Below, piece after piece: positions 28,177 to 37,224 of a stretch of 41,481 nt of DNA. The notes under the pieces were generated by a model. It saw nothing but the letters and a program-made list of their open reading frames with translations, searched no databases and was not told the DNA's origin. How positions within the stretch are numbered: position 1 is the first letter of the stretch; each line of letters begins with the position of its first letter. The DNA is taken from the NCBI GenBank assembly GCA_043811375.1, contig JBDRNJ010000050.1, forward strand, positions 1-41,481, in the 5' to 3' direction. This stretch comes from a bacterium (GTDB lineage: Bacteria > Zixibacteria > MSB-5A5 > GN15 > FEB-12). Made by a program: the position numbers and the translations under genes.

Positions 28177-29973
28177 ATGTTTTTTATCAGGGTTCATAAG
28201 AATGGTGGCGACAAGCTGCCACCGCCGAGTTTCGGACCGAAGCTGTCAGTCCGGCAGTTTTCCGTCGCCGGCGCTCAGGTCCTGCTGGCTACCGGGGGTG
28301 TGCTCACTACGGCCGTTCACGAAGGTAGCCGCCTCTTTATTCTTGACGCTCTGGACTCTCAGGCCGGTAAACGTGTTGATTTGAGCAGCCTTTCGATCAC
28401 CGAGGACAACTACGAAGATCTGATGGCTGACGAGTTGTTCGTGATGGTCCTGGTGGATCTTGCTGAGGGTACGATCACTCTGGCCAGGAGTGTATCGACT
28501 ACTCGCCAGATATATTACCGATCGACAAACAGAGATTTCCTGGCGGCTTCGAATCCGGGCCTGCTCAGGCAGGGGGGGTGTCGGTTTGAAGTGAATGAGT
28601 CGGTACTGCCGGAGTTCTACACCTACCGCACACTACTGGCTCCCAACACGCTGGTGGCCGGTGTCCGCAAACTCTCAGCGGGGGAACTGATCGTCGGGAG
28701 TTGTTTTGATCCTTCGTCCATCAAGAGTTGCTATCCTGACTTTTCCTTTGATGTGGATCCGTCGTCGTCGACCGTTAACGAGGCCGGCGAGAGGGTGGAA
28801 GCAATTTTGTCCGGACATATCGCGGCCACCCTGCGCCATGATGAAAATCCGGCTACTCTTCTGAGCGGAGGGCTCGATTCGTCGTTGCTGGCTTCGATCA
28901 CCCGACGTCATACTGATCGTTTGCGGTCGTATTCATCGGATTTCTCTTTTCTTAACCGCCAGGACCAGGAGTCGGAATACGCCACCACCGTGGCCGACCA
29001 TCTGAAAATCAAGCACACCATCTGCGGCACCACCTCGGGAGAATTCCTGCAGGCGGTGATTGACAGCATCGCCGTGGTCGGTGAACCGCTGCATCATCTC
29101 CAGACCGTGTTGCTGTACCTGTTGTTTCACGGGTGCCGGACCGATCGGCATCGCATCTTCTTGTGCGGGCTGGGCGCGGACGGATTTTTTGGCGGCACTT
29201 TGCATTCCCGGATGCGGAGATTCCCCTCGACGATCAACCTGCTGAGACAACCCTGGGCGGCCGGCATCATTCGCCCGCTGGCGCGGCTGGCGGCGCGGCT
29301 TGATTCGCGGTTCGATTTCTTCAATCATGGTTTCGGCGATGAGACGGTGACCGCTGACCACATTCTGTGGACCATCGGCAGCTTTGGTGATGTCGATTTC
29401 ATCAGACACTTACTGACGTGTGACCGGGCCGATATTACCCGGTCGCACCGGGAGCAGATGTTACGTTACCGCGAACACGACATAATGGATAAGGTCACCA
29501 TCCTGTCACTGTTGGGCGGCACCTCAACCACCATGCCGCTGTGGGGACAACTGGCCGAGAGTGCCGGCTTGATCCTGCTCTATCCGTTCTCCTCTCCGGA
29601 GCTGATTACCTGCTTCAATGCCGTGCCCTGGAGTGTCAAGGGACCGGGAGCCAAGGGAATCATCAAGGATATTCTGTCCCGGCACGGACTGCCCGCCGAA
29701 TATATCAACCGACCCAAACTCAGTTTTGGTTTCCCGCCGCAATACTGGGCTTTGCCCGGCGCGCTGTTTCAGCCGCTGGTGGATATGGCTGCTGAGATGT
29801 TTGATCCTTCCCTGCTGCGATCGATGCAGGTAGTTGACACCGGCCGCGCCATGGTGCTGTGGAACATGATCAATTTCTATCTGTGGCACCGGATGTTTAT
29901 CGATGGTGAGACCGCCGAAAATCTGAAATATCAACTCAATCAACGCTGTCGGCAACGGCACGGATCCGGGTGA
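28177..29973 (+). CDS. Asparagine-synthetase-related ATP-dependent ligase lacking the N-terminal Cys
   Basis: Retains PP-loop 'LLSGGLDSS', 'G.GAD..FGG' and 'RPK..F'. The N-terminus has no MCG nucleophile and the glutaminase domain is degenerate. Confidence 0.8.
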   Translation: MFFIRVHKNGGDKLPPPSFGPKLSVRQFSVAGAQVLLATGGVLTTAVHEGSRLFILDALDSQAGKRVDLSSLSITEDNYEDLMADELFVMVLVDLAEGTITLARSVSTTRQIYYRSTNRDFLAASNPGLLRQGGCRFEVNESVLPEFYTYRTLLAPNTLVAGVRKLSAGELIVGSCFDPSSIKSCYPDFSFDVDPSSSTVNEAGERVEAILSGHIAATLRHDENPATLLSGGLDSSLLASITRRHTDRLRSYSSDFSFLNRQDQESEYATTVADHLKIKHTICGTTSGEFLQAVIDSIAVVGEPLHHLQTVLLYLLFHGCRTDRHRIFLCGLGADGFFGGTLHSRMRRFPSTINLLRQPWAAGIIRPLARLAARLDSRFDFFNHGFGDETVTADHILWTIGSFGDVDFIRHLLTCDRADITRSHREQMLRYREHDIMDKVTILSLLGGTSTTMPLWGQLAESAGLILLYPFSSPELITCFNAVPWSVKGPGAKGIIKDILSRHGLPAEYINRPKLSFGFPPQYWALPGALFQPLVDMAAEMFDPSLLRSMQVVDTGRAMVLWNMINFYLWHRMFIDGETAENLKYQLNQRCRQRHGSG

Positions 29974-31190
29974 AGGCGACGGGTACGGTTTTGAAAATAC
30001 TCGTGATCGATGAAGAGTTTCCCTATCCGCTCAACAGCGGCAAGCGCATCCGCACCTTTCATCTGACGCGATATCTGGCCGATCACCATGATGTATCGTA
30101 CCTGGCCTACGGGAGTTCCGACTCCGCCGCTGCCGACAGCCTGCGTGAACACCGGATCACCCCTTACGCGGTTGTCCCCGTTGATCGAAGTCAGCAGGGA
30201 ATCCGTTTCTACCTGAGACTGGCGCTGAACCTTTTTTCCCGTTATCCCTACGTGGTCACCAGTCATTACACGCCCGCTTTCCAATCGCGCCTTGAGCGGT
30301 TGATCGCAGAGCAGCAGTTTGACCTGGTGGTATGCGAATGGACACCGTACGCCATCTTCCTGCGTCGGCTTGATAACGTCAGGAGCATTATTGTGGCTCA
30401 CAACATCGAGTCGGAAATCTGGCGGCGTTACCAGGAGAACGAAACCAATCCCTTAAAGCGGTGGTACATTTCGATCCAGCGAGCCAAAGTGGAGCGTTTT
30501 GAGAGAAACTGTTTTGAGTGGGCCGATGGCGCTACCACCGTCAGTGAGCCGGAAGCGGAGACTTTGCGGGGTTCCGGGATAACCGCGCCGGTGGCCGTCA
30601 TAGAGAATGGTGTTGACGTCGATTATTTCCAGCCGGGCCGCGAAGTCGTTGATGACCACATGCTGGTCTTCACCGGCTCCATGGACTGGCGTCCCAACCA
30701 GGATGCGGCCATCTTTTTTGTTCGTGAGATTTTCCCTCTGCTGCGCCGGGAACAACCCCGACTTACGGCCGTGTTTGTCGGGCGCCGGCCGCCGCGCAAA
30801 GTGCTCGAACTGGCCGACACCGAGGGCATTGTCGTTACCGGGACGGTCGACGATGTCCGGCCGTATATCGCCCGTGCAGGAGTCTATATTGTGCCCCTGC
30901 GAATTGGCGGCGGTTCCCGTCTGAAGATTCTGGAAGCGATGGCTATGGGAAAGGCAGTCGTTTCCACGTCCGTCGGCGCCGAGGGATTACGCGTGGAGGA
31001 CGGTGTCGATATTCTGCTGGGTGATACTCCGCAGCAGTTCACCCGGCAGGTAATCGATTGCCTCAACGATGAAAAACGGCGTCAAACTCTGGCCGAACGG
31101 GGACGGCAATTGGTGCAGAAACATTATCGCTGGGAACAATTGGGCGAACGCTACCACCGGTTCCTGATGTCGGTAGCGGGGAAATCATGA
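29970..31190 (+). CDS. GT4 glycosyltransferase
   Basis: 'FPYPL.SG..IR', 'HNIESE', 'NGVD...F', 'FTGSMDW.PN.DA', 'PLRIGGGSRLKILEAMA.GK.VVST..GAEGL'. Confidence 0.93.
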   Translation: MKATGTVLKILVIDEEFPYPLNSGKRIRTFHLTRYLADHHDVSYLAYGSSDSAAADSLREHRITPYAVVPVDRSQQGIRFYLRLALNLFSRYPYVVTSHYTPAFQSRLERLIAEQQFDLVVCEWTPYAIFLRRLDNVRSIIVAHNIESEIWRRYQENETNPLKRWYISIQRAKVERFERNCFEWADGATTVSEPEAETLRGSGITAPVAVIENGVDVDYFQPGREVVDDHMLVFTGSMDWRPNQDAAIFFVREIFPLLRREQPRLTAVFVGRRPPRKVLELADTEGIVVTGTVDDVRPYIARAGVYIVPLRIGGGSRLKILEAMAMGKAVVSTSVGAEGLRVEDGVDILLGDTPQQFTRQVIDCLNDEKRRQTLAERGRQLVQKHYRWEQLGERYHRFLMSVAGKS

Positions 31191-32296
31191 AGATACTGCA
31201 CTTGCGGGCATCTAATTTTTATGGCGGACCGGAGCGGCAACTGCACTTTCATGCGCGTCAGGCGCAGGGCACCGAGTTTGATATCACGATTGGATCATTT
31301 ACCGAGGCGGGTCGGTCGCCTCGGTTTCTGCAGGTAATTGCGGCCGATAATCTCAAGACTACCCTCCTGTCGGTGCGGTCGCCATACGACCCGCGCGCGG
31401 TCAGAACGGTTCGCGACTACCTCGTTAAAAACGACACCGACCTGCTGTGCACACACGACTATCGCACGCACCTGGTCGGCTGGCTGGCTGTCCGGGGCAG
31501 CCGGCGGCGGTGGGTAGCGTTTTCACGCGGCTGGACACGAGAGAACCTGAAAGTGCGCCTTTATCACTGGCTGGACCGGATCATTCTACGCTGGGCCGAT
31601 CACGTGGTGGCGGTGTCGGCGGCACAGAAACAACGACTGCGGCGGCTGTTGATTCCAGAGCGTAAAATATCCGTCGTCCACAACGCCGTCGATGTGCCGC
31701 AACTTCAGGCCGCGGCCCGGGTTGATCTGCGCGCCCGCTTGGGACTGCCCGCCGAGTCGCTGGTGTTTGTTGCCGCCGGCCGTTTCAGTCGGGAAAAAGG
31801 ACAGGCTGACCTGGTGCGTGCCGCCTTGGATGCTGTCGGGCACGGTGCCGATTTGCACCTGGTGCTGTTTGGGGACGGCCCGGATCTGGCTGAAATACGA
31901 CGTCTGGCGGCCGGACTGAGCGGTGGTGATCGGATACACTGTCCCGGTTTCGAGCCGGAACTGATCGGCTGCCTGAAGGGAGCCGATGTACTGGTGAATC
32001 CGTCATTGTCGGAAGGGTTACCCAATATCGTGCTGGAAGCGATGGCTCTGGGGGTGCCGGTCATTGCCACTGCCGTGGGCGGTGTCCCGGAAATAATCAC
32101 ACATGAGAGCACCGGCTATCTGGTAAAAGCGGGTGACCGGCGGGCTTTGTCGGACGCGATACGGCGCGTCTGCGGCAACATCGATCAGGCCCGTCAGCTT
32201 GCCGCTGCGGCCTTGCAGTTTGCCGACGAACAGCTTACTTTCGAAAATCAGAACCAAAAGCTGAGCGACATCTACCGCCAACTGCAGCGGGAGTAA
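31187..32296 (+). CDS. GT4 glycosyltransferase
   Basis: 'YGGPERQ', 'GRFS.EKG', 'PSLSEGLPNIVLEAMA.G.PVIAT.VGG.PE'. Confidence 0.93.
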   Translation: MKILHLRASNFYGGPERQLHFHARQAQGTEFDITIGSFTEAGRSPRFLQVIAADNLKTTLLSVRSPYDPRAVRTVRDYLVKNDTDLLCTHDYRTHLVGWLAVRGSRRRWVAFSRGWTRENLKVRLYHWLDRIILRWADHVVAVSAAQKQRLRRLLIPERKISVVHNAVDVPQLQAAARVDLRARLGLPAESLVFVAAGRFSREKGQADLVRAALDAVGHGADLHLVLFGDGPDLAEIRRLAAGLSGGDRIHCPGFEPELIGCLKGADVLVNPSLSEGLPNIVLEAMALGVPVIATAVGGVPEIITHESTGYLVKAGDRRALSDAIRRVCGNIDQARQLAAAALQFADEQLTFENQNQKLSDIYRQLQRE

Positions 32297-32305
32297 GGTC
32301 AGGAA

Positions 32306-33439
32306 ATGATTCGTATCGGTTACGTTATTGACACCATCGAGACACCTTCGGCCGGCACCGAAAGCCAGTTGTTGATGCTGCTTGACGGTCTCGACCGTAG
32401 TCGCTTCCGGCCATATCTTATCTGTTTACGCAACTCTGAATGGCTGCGCGACCGGCGTTTTGAGTTTCCCTCGGTAGTCTATGACTTGAAAGGGAACCTC
32501 AGTCTCAGTTTCCTGATACATCTGCGTCGATTCAGACGCCTGATCCGCGATGAGAAAATCGATATTGTGCAGACTTTTTTCGTAGACGGCAATTGGTTCG
32601 GTACTATCGGGGCTCACCTGGCGAAGTGCCCGGTGATTATCTCCAGCCGTCGCAACATGGGGGACTGGCACAGTCAGTTGAAGGTGTCTCTGCTGCGTTT
32701 TCTGAAGAAATGGACAACCGGCTACTTAGCCAATTCCGAGGCCGCCGCTCAAAAAACCGTCACGGCCGAGGGAGTCTCCCGCGATCAAATTACCGTTATC
32801 CATAATGGGCTCAATCAGAACCGCTACCGGTCGCTGACAGATGACGTTCGCAGGCAACAGCGACTTGAATGGCGGGTGGCCGAAGACGAGATACTGATCG
32901 GTACCGTAGCCAACCTGCGGCCGGTCAAGAACGTGGCTTCCCTGATACGCAGCGCCGCGACCCTGTGCCGCCAACTGCCGTCGCTTAAGTTTGTGGTCGT
33001 TGGTGACGGTGGCGACCGACCGCAACTGCAGGATTTGATAGACAGCCTGTCGTTGTCCGATCGATTCCATCTGGTCGGCCGTAGCACCGATATACCAACT
33101 TGCCTGGCCGCTTTTGACGTTGCCGTTATGTGTTCCTCGTTTGAGAGTTTTTCCAACGCCCTGATCGAGTACATGGCGGCGGGACTACCGATTGTCGCCT
33201 CCGATGTGGGCGGCAATAGCGAGGCAATCAGCCATGAGAAAAACGGACTGCTCTATGCCGTCGAGGACAAACAGGGTCTGACCGCCGGTTTGAACCGGCT
33301 GCTGACCGATAAGGAACTGTCAGTCAGGTTGGGTCAGGCGGCCAAGGAAAGCGCTGCCACCGGGTTCCGTGTTGAGGCATGTATAAATGCCCACCAGCAG
33401 TTTTATACCGACCTGGTAAAAGGAGTACGGCAGAAGTGA
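32306..33439 (+). CDS. GT4 glycosyltransferase
   Basis: 'AGTE.QL', 'VANL.PVK', 'S..ESFSNALIEYMAAGLPIVAS.VGGN.E'. Confidence 0.93.
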   Translation: MIRIGYVIDTIETPSAGTESQLLMLLDGLDRSRFRPYLICLRNSEWLRDRRFEFPSVVYDLKGNLSLSFLIHLRRFRRLIRDEKIDIVQTFFVDGNWFGTIGAHLAKCPVIISSRRNMGDWHSQLKVSLLRFLKKWTTGYLANSEAAAQKTVTAEGVSRDQITVIHNGLNQNRYRSLTDDVRRQQRLEWRVAEDEILIGTVANLRPVKNVASLIRSAATLCRQLPSLKFVVVGDGGDRPQLQDLIDSLSLSDRFHLVGRSTDIPTCLAAFDVAVMCSSFESFSNALIEYMAAGLPIVASDVGGNSEAISHEKNGLLYAVEDKQGLTAGLNRLLTDKELSVRLGQAAKESAATGFRVEACINAHQQFYTDLVKGVRQK

Positions 33440-34743
33440 AGGCTCTCAAAAGACTCCGGCTGGAACTGGGCAACTTCGCCCGCTTCAACCCGACCTGTAG
33501 ATATGTTACCAGTCATATCCTGACAATTAAGGAAATGTTGCGTTCCATCAGGACGGCTACCGACTGCGCCCTGTCGGCCGCCGAGCTGGCTCGGGCGGCG
33601 CGCATCTGTCCGTCGCCGCGAAAGCTGCGTCGACTGGAAGCGAACCTTCGCCGACGTATCGCCCGGATCGACCCGGCCGGTCTTGATTGGGACCGCGTCT
33701 TTCCCTACAGTCAGCCGCGTGAGATTCGCAAGGGAATCATTCTCAAAAAGCCGCTGGCGGCTGGAGAGAAAGGAGTCCTGTTGATCGCCTTTGAGGATCA
33801 CTGGCTGCGACTGTTACGCTATGCCGATATCAACAAACTGGCCGGCGATTATCGTCTGGTGCTGGGACCGACCTGGTCGCCGCCGCATGATCTGCCGTTT
33901 ATGCTGGCGGCTAAAATGTGGCCCGGTACGTTATGCCATCTCATCAGCAGTCTTGAAGACATCCCGGCCTTTGCCCGACTGGCCGACAACCTGGTCACGG
34001 TACCGCTGTTGTCATCCAACTGGGTCAATCCCGACCTGTTTGATACCTCGGAGCCGGTGCCCAAAGAGTTTGATATGGTGATGCTGGCCAATTTCGCCAC
34101 CTACAAGCGTCACTTCCTGCTGTTTCGAGCGTTGCGGGAAATGCCCGCGACGACCCGGGTGCTGCTTCTGGGCAAGCCGCTGGAAGGACGCGGTGAAGAT
34201 ACCATATTAGCCGAGGCCGACCTGTATGGCGTATCCGACCGCATCACGATCCGGCGGGGTCTGCCCGATACCGAGATGGTGCGGGCCATGCGATCGGCCA
34301 AAGTGAGTATCATTCTGTCAGGCAACGAGGGCGCCTGTGTAGCCGTGGTGGAAGCAATGTTCGCTGATATCCCGGTGGGTCTGATGGCTGATGCCATTGT
34401 CGGTTCCAGAGGATTTGTCAACGATCAGACCGGGTGTCTGTTTAAGCCGCACCATTTGGGACAACAATTGAGTTCTTTTATCGATAGCTTCGACCGTTAT
34501 TCACCCCGCCGGTGGGTGATGGATAACAACATCTCGTATAATGGCAGTACGCGCCTGCTCAACGACCGGCTGTATCAGGCGGCGCTGGCCGACGGTGAAC
34601 CATGGACGCAGGATATCTGCGCTCACCAGTGGCGTCCCAGCCCGACTTATGTTACTACTGACGATGCCGATCGAATGCAGGCCGCCTGCCGCGCTTTTGA
34701 ATTAAACTACGGCATCCCGCTGATACCCAATCTGCCGACTTGA
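33436..34743 (+). CDS. GT-B fold glycosyltransferase with atypical N-terminal domain
   Basis: C-half 'ANFATYKRH', 'S.NEGACVAVVEAMFAD.PV' (EX7E motif). GTG start at 33436 overlaps the previous stop, with AAGGAG upstream. Confidence 0.8.
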   Translation: MKALKRLRLELGNFARFNPTCRYVTSHILTIKEMLRSIRTATDCALSAAELARAARICPSPRKLRRLEANLRRRIARIDPAGLDWDRVFPYSQPREIRKGIILKKPLAAGEKGVLLIAFEDHWLRLLRYADINKLAGDYRLVLGPTWSPPHDLPFMLAAKMWPGTLCHLISSLEDIPAFARLADNLVTVPLLSSNWVNPDLFDTSEPVPKEFDMVMLANFATYKRHFLLFRALREMPATTRVLLLGKPLEGRGEDTILAEADLYGVSDRITIRRGLPDTEMVRAMRSAKVSIILSGNEGACVAVVEAMFADIPVGLMADAIVGSRGFVNDQTGCLFKPHHLGQQLSSFIDSFDRYSPRRWVMDNNISYNGSTRLLNDRLYQAALADGEPWTQDICAHQWRPSPTYVTTDDADRMQAACRAFELNYGIPLIPNLPT

Positions 34744-34796
34744 GATCGGACGACCGGACACCATCGCCGAATAACAGCCTCACCTTTCAGATGAAG

Positions 34797-35527
34797 TCAA
34801 TCCGGACTGGGCAGCGTCGTCCTGGTCGCTTCCGATATAGCGTCGTATCCCCGATGATTCAACTCGATATGACCGGTTGACAATTCGGCCCGCAGAAAGC
34901 CGTCGGCGTCGGCGACAATGGTGTTGAAATCAACCAGTCGATAGTCGTGATCCCGGCAGAATGCCGTCAGCCACCGATTGAAAACAACCAGGCTGTCCTG
35001 TACGGAGTATCCTTCATAGTACAATTCATTCCTCACCGGGAGGACGGTGGTCAGGATCGGCTCGATGCCGTTAGCCCGGGCCAGTTCGGCCAGGCTTACC
35101 AGGTAGTCTTTGTTTTCGGCAAGCGTGTTTTCGGGTCGGAAATTGTAGGAACTGAACTCGATTACTACCGCCCTCGGTTTGAGATCGATTACGTCGGGCC
35201 GAAAGCGCAACAGATAACCGGCTAATCTTTGTTCTGACAGACCGCGATTAACAGTCCGGTACCGGGGGAAATAGTCGGGCAGGTCCCAGCCGGAAGTTAC
35301 CTGCGAACCAAAAAAACAATTCGGTCGGCCACCAGAGAATCTGCCGCCAGAAGCGTGTTATCGGCGGCATAACGGTCCCGTCCGGAAAACTCAGCCACCA
35401 CGTTGGTGTACTTGTCGAGGAAGTGGTTGATATGGCTTCGGTATTCAAGAGCCTTGTAAGCGACGTAAACTACAAACAGGTTGCCGATCAACGACACGAT
35501 CAAAACGATCTTGTATTTTCTTTTCAT
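34797..35527 (-). pseudogene. SGNH/GDSL hydrolase, paralogue of 21534..22295, split by a 1-nt homopolymer frameshift
   Basis: ATG 35527 MKRKYKIVLIVSLIGNL...DRIVF. Adding one base to the A7 tract at 35310-35316 gives F-GSQVTSGWDL...NRGLS...RFRPDVIDLKPRAVVI, continuing in frame to the stop at 34797. Confidence 0.8.
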
Positions 35528-35544
35528 CCTGTTCTCCACGACCG

Positions 35545-35621
35545 GTGGCATCGCCAGTGACAAGTCACTTCTAGTGGCAAGCCACCTCTGGTGACAAGTC
35601 AGTGGCAAGCCACTTTTTTGG
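35545..35621 (+). repeat. Tandem cluster of short GTGRC-AA-GYCAC palindromes
   Basis: GTGGCATCGCCA, AGTGACAAGTCACT (35556-69), AGTGGCAAGCCAC (35573-85), GTGACAAGTCA (35591-601), AGTGGCAAGCCACT (35601-14) plus T-run. The last 31 nt are identical to the reverse complement of 12196-12226. Confidence 0.75.
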
Positions 35622-36042
35622 CGGGAGACAAACCCCCGCTCTGCGCGCTTCAGAATAATCACCTTTTGCGGCAACTTCTTGTCCAGCTACCGGGCAGGTA
35701 AGCCGTCGCCGACTCAACTGTCAACTACAAGCTTCCATAGAATCCACTCGGGCATAGCCTGACCAAATTCAGCACAGTGTATACAGCCTGACAATTGAGT
35801 TAACCTCCCTGACCGCAAGGAGTAAGTCCGTTTTCGGTGTCCTGTTTCCGATCAATAGACAATAGTGGCTTGCCGGGCACCTGTCCGCTGGGTACCCTAA
35901 TCGATTGCAGTGGTTACTCTTAGATAAGTAGAGGTTTCATGTCCGGCAGGTAAGCCATTTGCACCAATTCGATGCTGATAGTCAAACAGGCCGAAAAAAA
36001 CATTGAACATGCAGGCTAAAACAGGGATTATAGCTCACGGAG

Positions 36043-37224
36043 ATGAAGAAGTTTACTTATCTGGTTCTGGCTGCGACTCTGGTCTTCGCGGTGGGTATAA
36101 CCCTTGTTGGCCTGAAAATATACCGCGCCAATTACAATCTCTGGCTGGGTGACTACCTGTTTAACAGTCCGGAAAGAGTTGAGGATAATAGCTTGACCGA
36201 CATCATTTTCGTGGTAGTGGATCACTGGGAGCCGGGCGGCAACCAGGACTACGTGAACGCCTGGATGAGTGGCTACCGTGAACTGGCCGATCGGCATATC
36301 GACTCCGACGGCCGTAAGCTGCAGCATACCTGGTACTATCCTATCGAACAGTTCCGCCCCGATGAAGTCGACAGCCTGGTTCGGCTTTGTTGCGAGGGTT
36401 ACGGTGATATCGAAGTACACCTGCATCACGCCGATGATGACTCCCGCTCGCTGCGCCGCAAACTGGCTGACGGACTGGACTCGCTGCAGGCTCACGGCGC
36501 GTTGGTGTCCGCCGACGGACAGGATCACTGGTCGTTCATTCACGGTAACTGGGCGCTGGACAACTCGCGTCTGGAAAACGGTGTTAACTACTGCGGTGTC
36601 AATGACGAGATCACTATTCTGCTGGAACTGGGTTGTTACAGCGATGCCACTTTCCCTTCTCTGGGTCAGACGGCGCAACCGTCGTGGGTCAACAAGCTTT
36701 ACTACGCTACCGATGACCCGAAGCAACCGAAGTCGTATGATACCGGTGTGCTCAGCGCGGTGGGCCTGGAGACCAGCGCCGACCAGTTGCTGATTATGTC
36801 GGGACCGATGATGATCGACTGGTGCGACTGGCGCTTCGTCACTCATCCGGTTCTTGACGACGGCAACCTCTACAATGAAATTCCCACTTCGTTGCACCGC
36901 TTCGAAGTCTGGTTGCGGGCCGGTATCCACGTCGTCGGACGGCCTGACTGGGTCTTCGTACGGCCGTTTACCCACGGTGCCTCACTCGGCTATGAGGGCC
37001 TTTACGAGAATGTTCTGGGATGCAATATCGATAGTATGCTGACAGCCATAGAAACCCTGTACAATGACGGCAAAAAGTTCCGATTGCATTATATGACGGC
37101 CCGCGAGGCGTATAACGTCATCAAAGCTGCCGAGGCGGGTCGGGACGGCAATCCCGATGATTACCGGGATTATGTTATCAAGCCATACCTTTATCCCAAC
37201 GGCAGTGTTGAGGAGGAAATATGA
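36043..37224 (+). CDS. Conserved hypothetical protein, probable metal-dependent deacetylase/hydrolase-like barrel
   Basis: N-terminal anchor; clustered His/Asp/Glu motifs 'VDHWEP', 'HTWYYP', 'EVHLHH', 'FIHGNWALDNS', 'THG', 'LHYMTAREAYN'. Confidence 0.7.
   Translation: MKKFTYLVLAATLVFAVGITLVGLKIYRANYNLWLGDYLFNSPERVEDNSLTDIIFVVVDHWEPGGNQDYVNAWMSGYRELADRHIDSDGRKLQHTWYYPIEQFRPDEVDSLVRLCCEGYGDIEVHLHHADDDSRSLRRKLADGLDSLQAHGALVSADGQDHWSFIHGNWALDNSRLENGVNYCGVNDEITILLELGCYSDATFPSLGQTAQPSWVNKLYYATDDPKQPKSYDTGVLSAVGLETSADQLLIMSGPMMIDWCDWRFVTHPVLDDGNLYNEIPTSLHRFEVWLRAGIHVVGRPDWVFVRPFTHGASLGYEGLYENVLGCNIDSMLTAIETLYNDGKKFRLHYMTAREAYNVIKAAEAGRDGNPDDYRDYVIKPYLYPNGSVEEEI

Noticed and set aside
28123..29973. 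Lasso peptide cluster around the Cys-less AsnB-like gene
   Set aside because: No precursor peptide, RRE/PqqD or transglutaminase-like B protein nearby; the context is entirely polysaccharide biosynthesis.
35545..35621. CRISPR array
   Set aside because: Units are only 11-14 bp, separated by 0-5 nt, with no unique spacers and no cas genes in the window.
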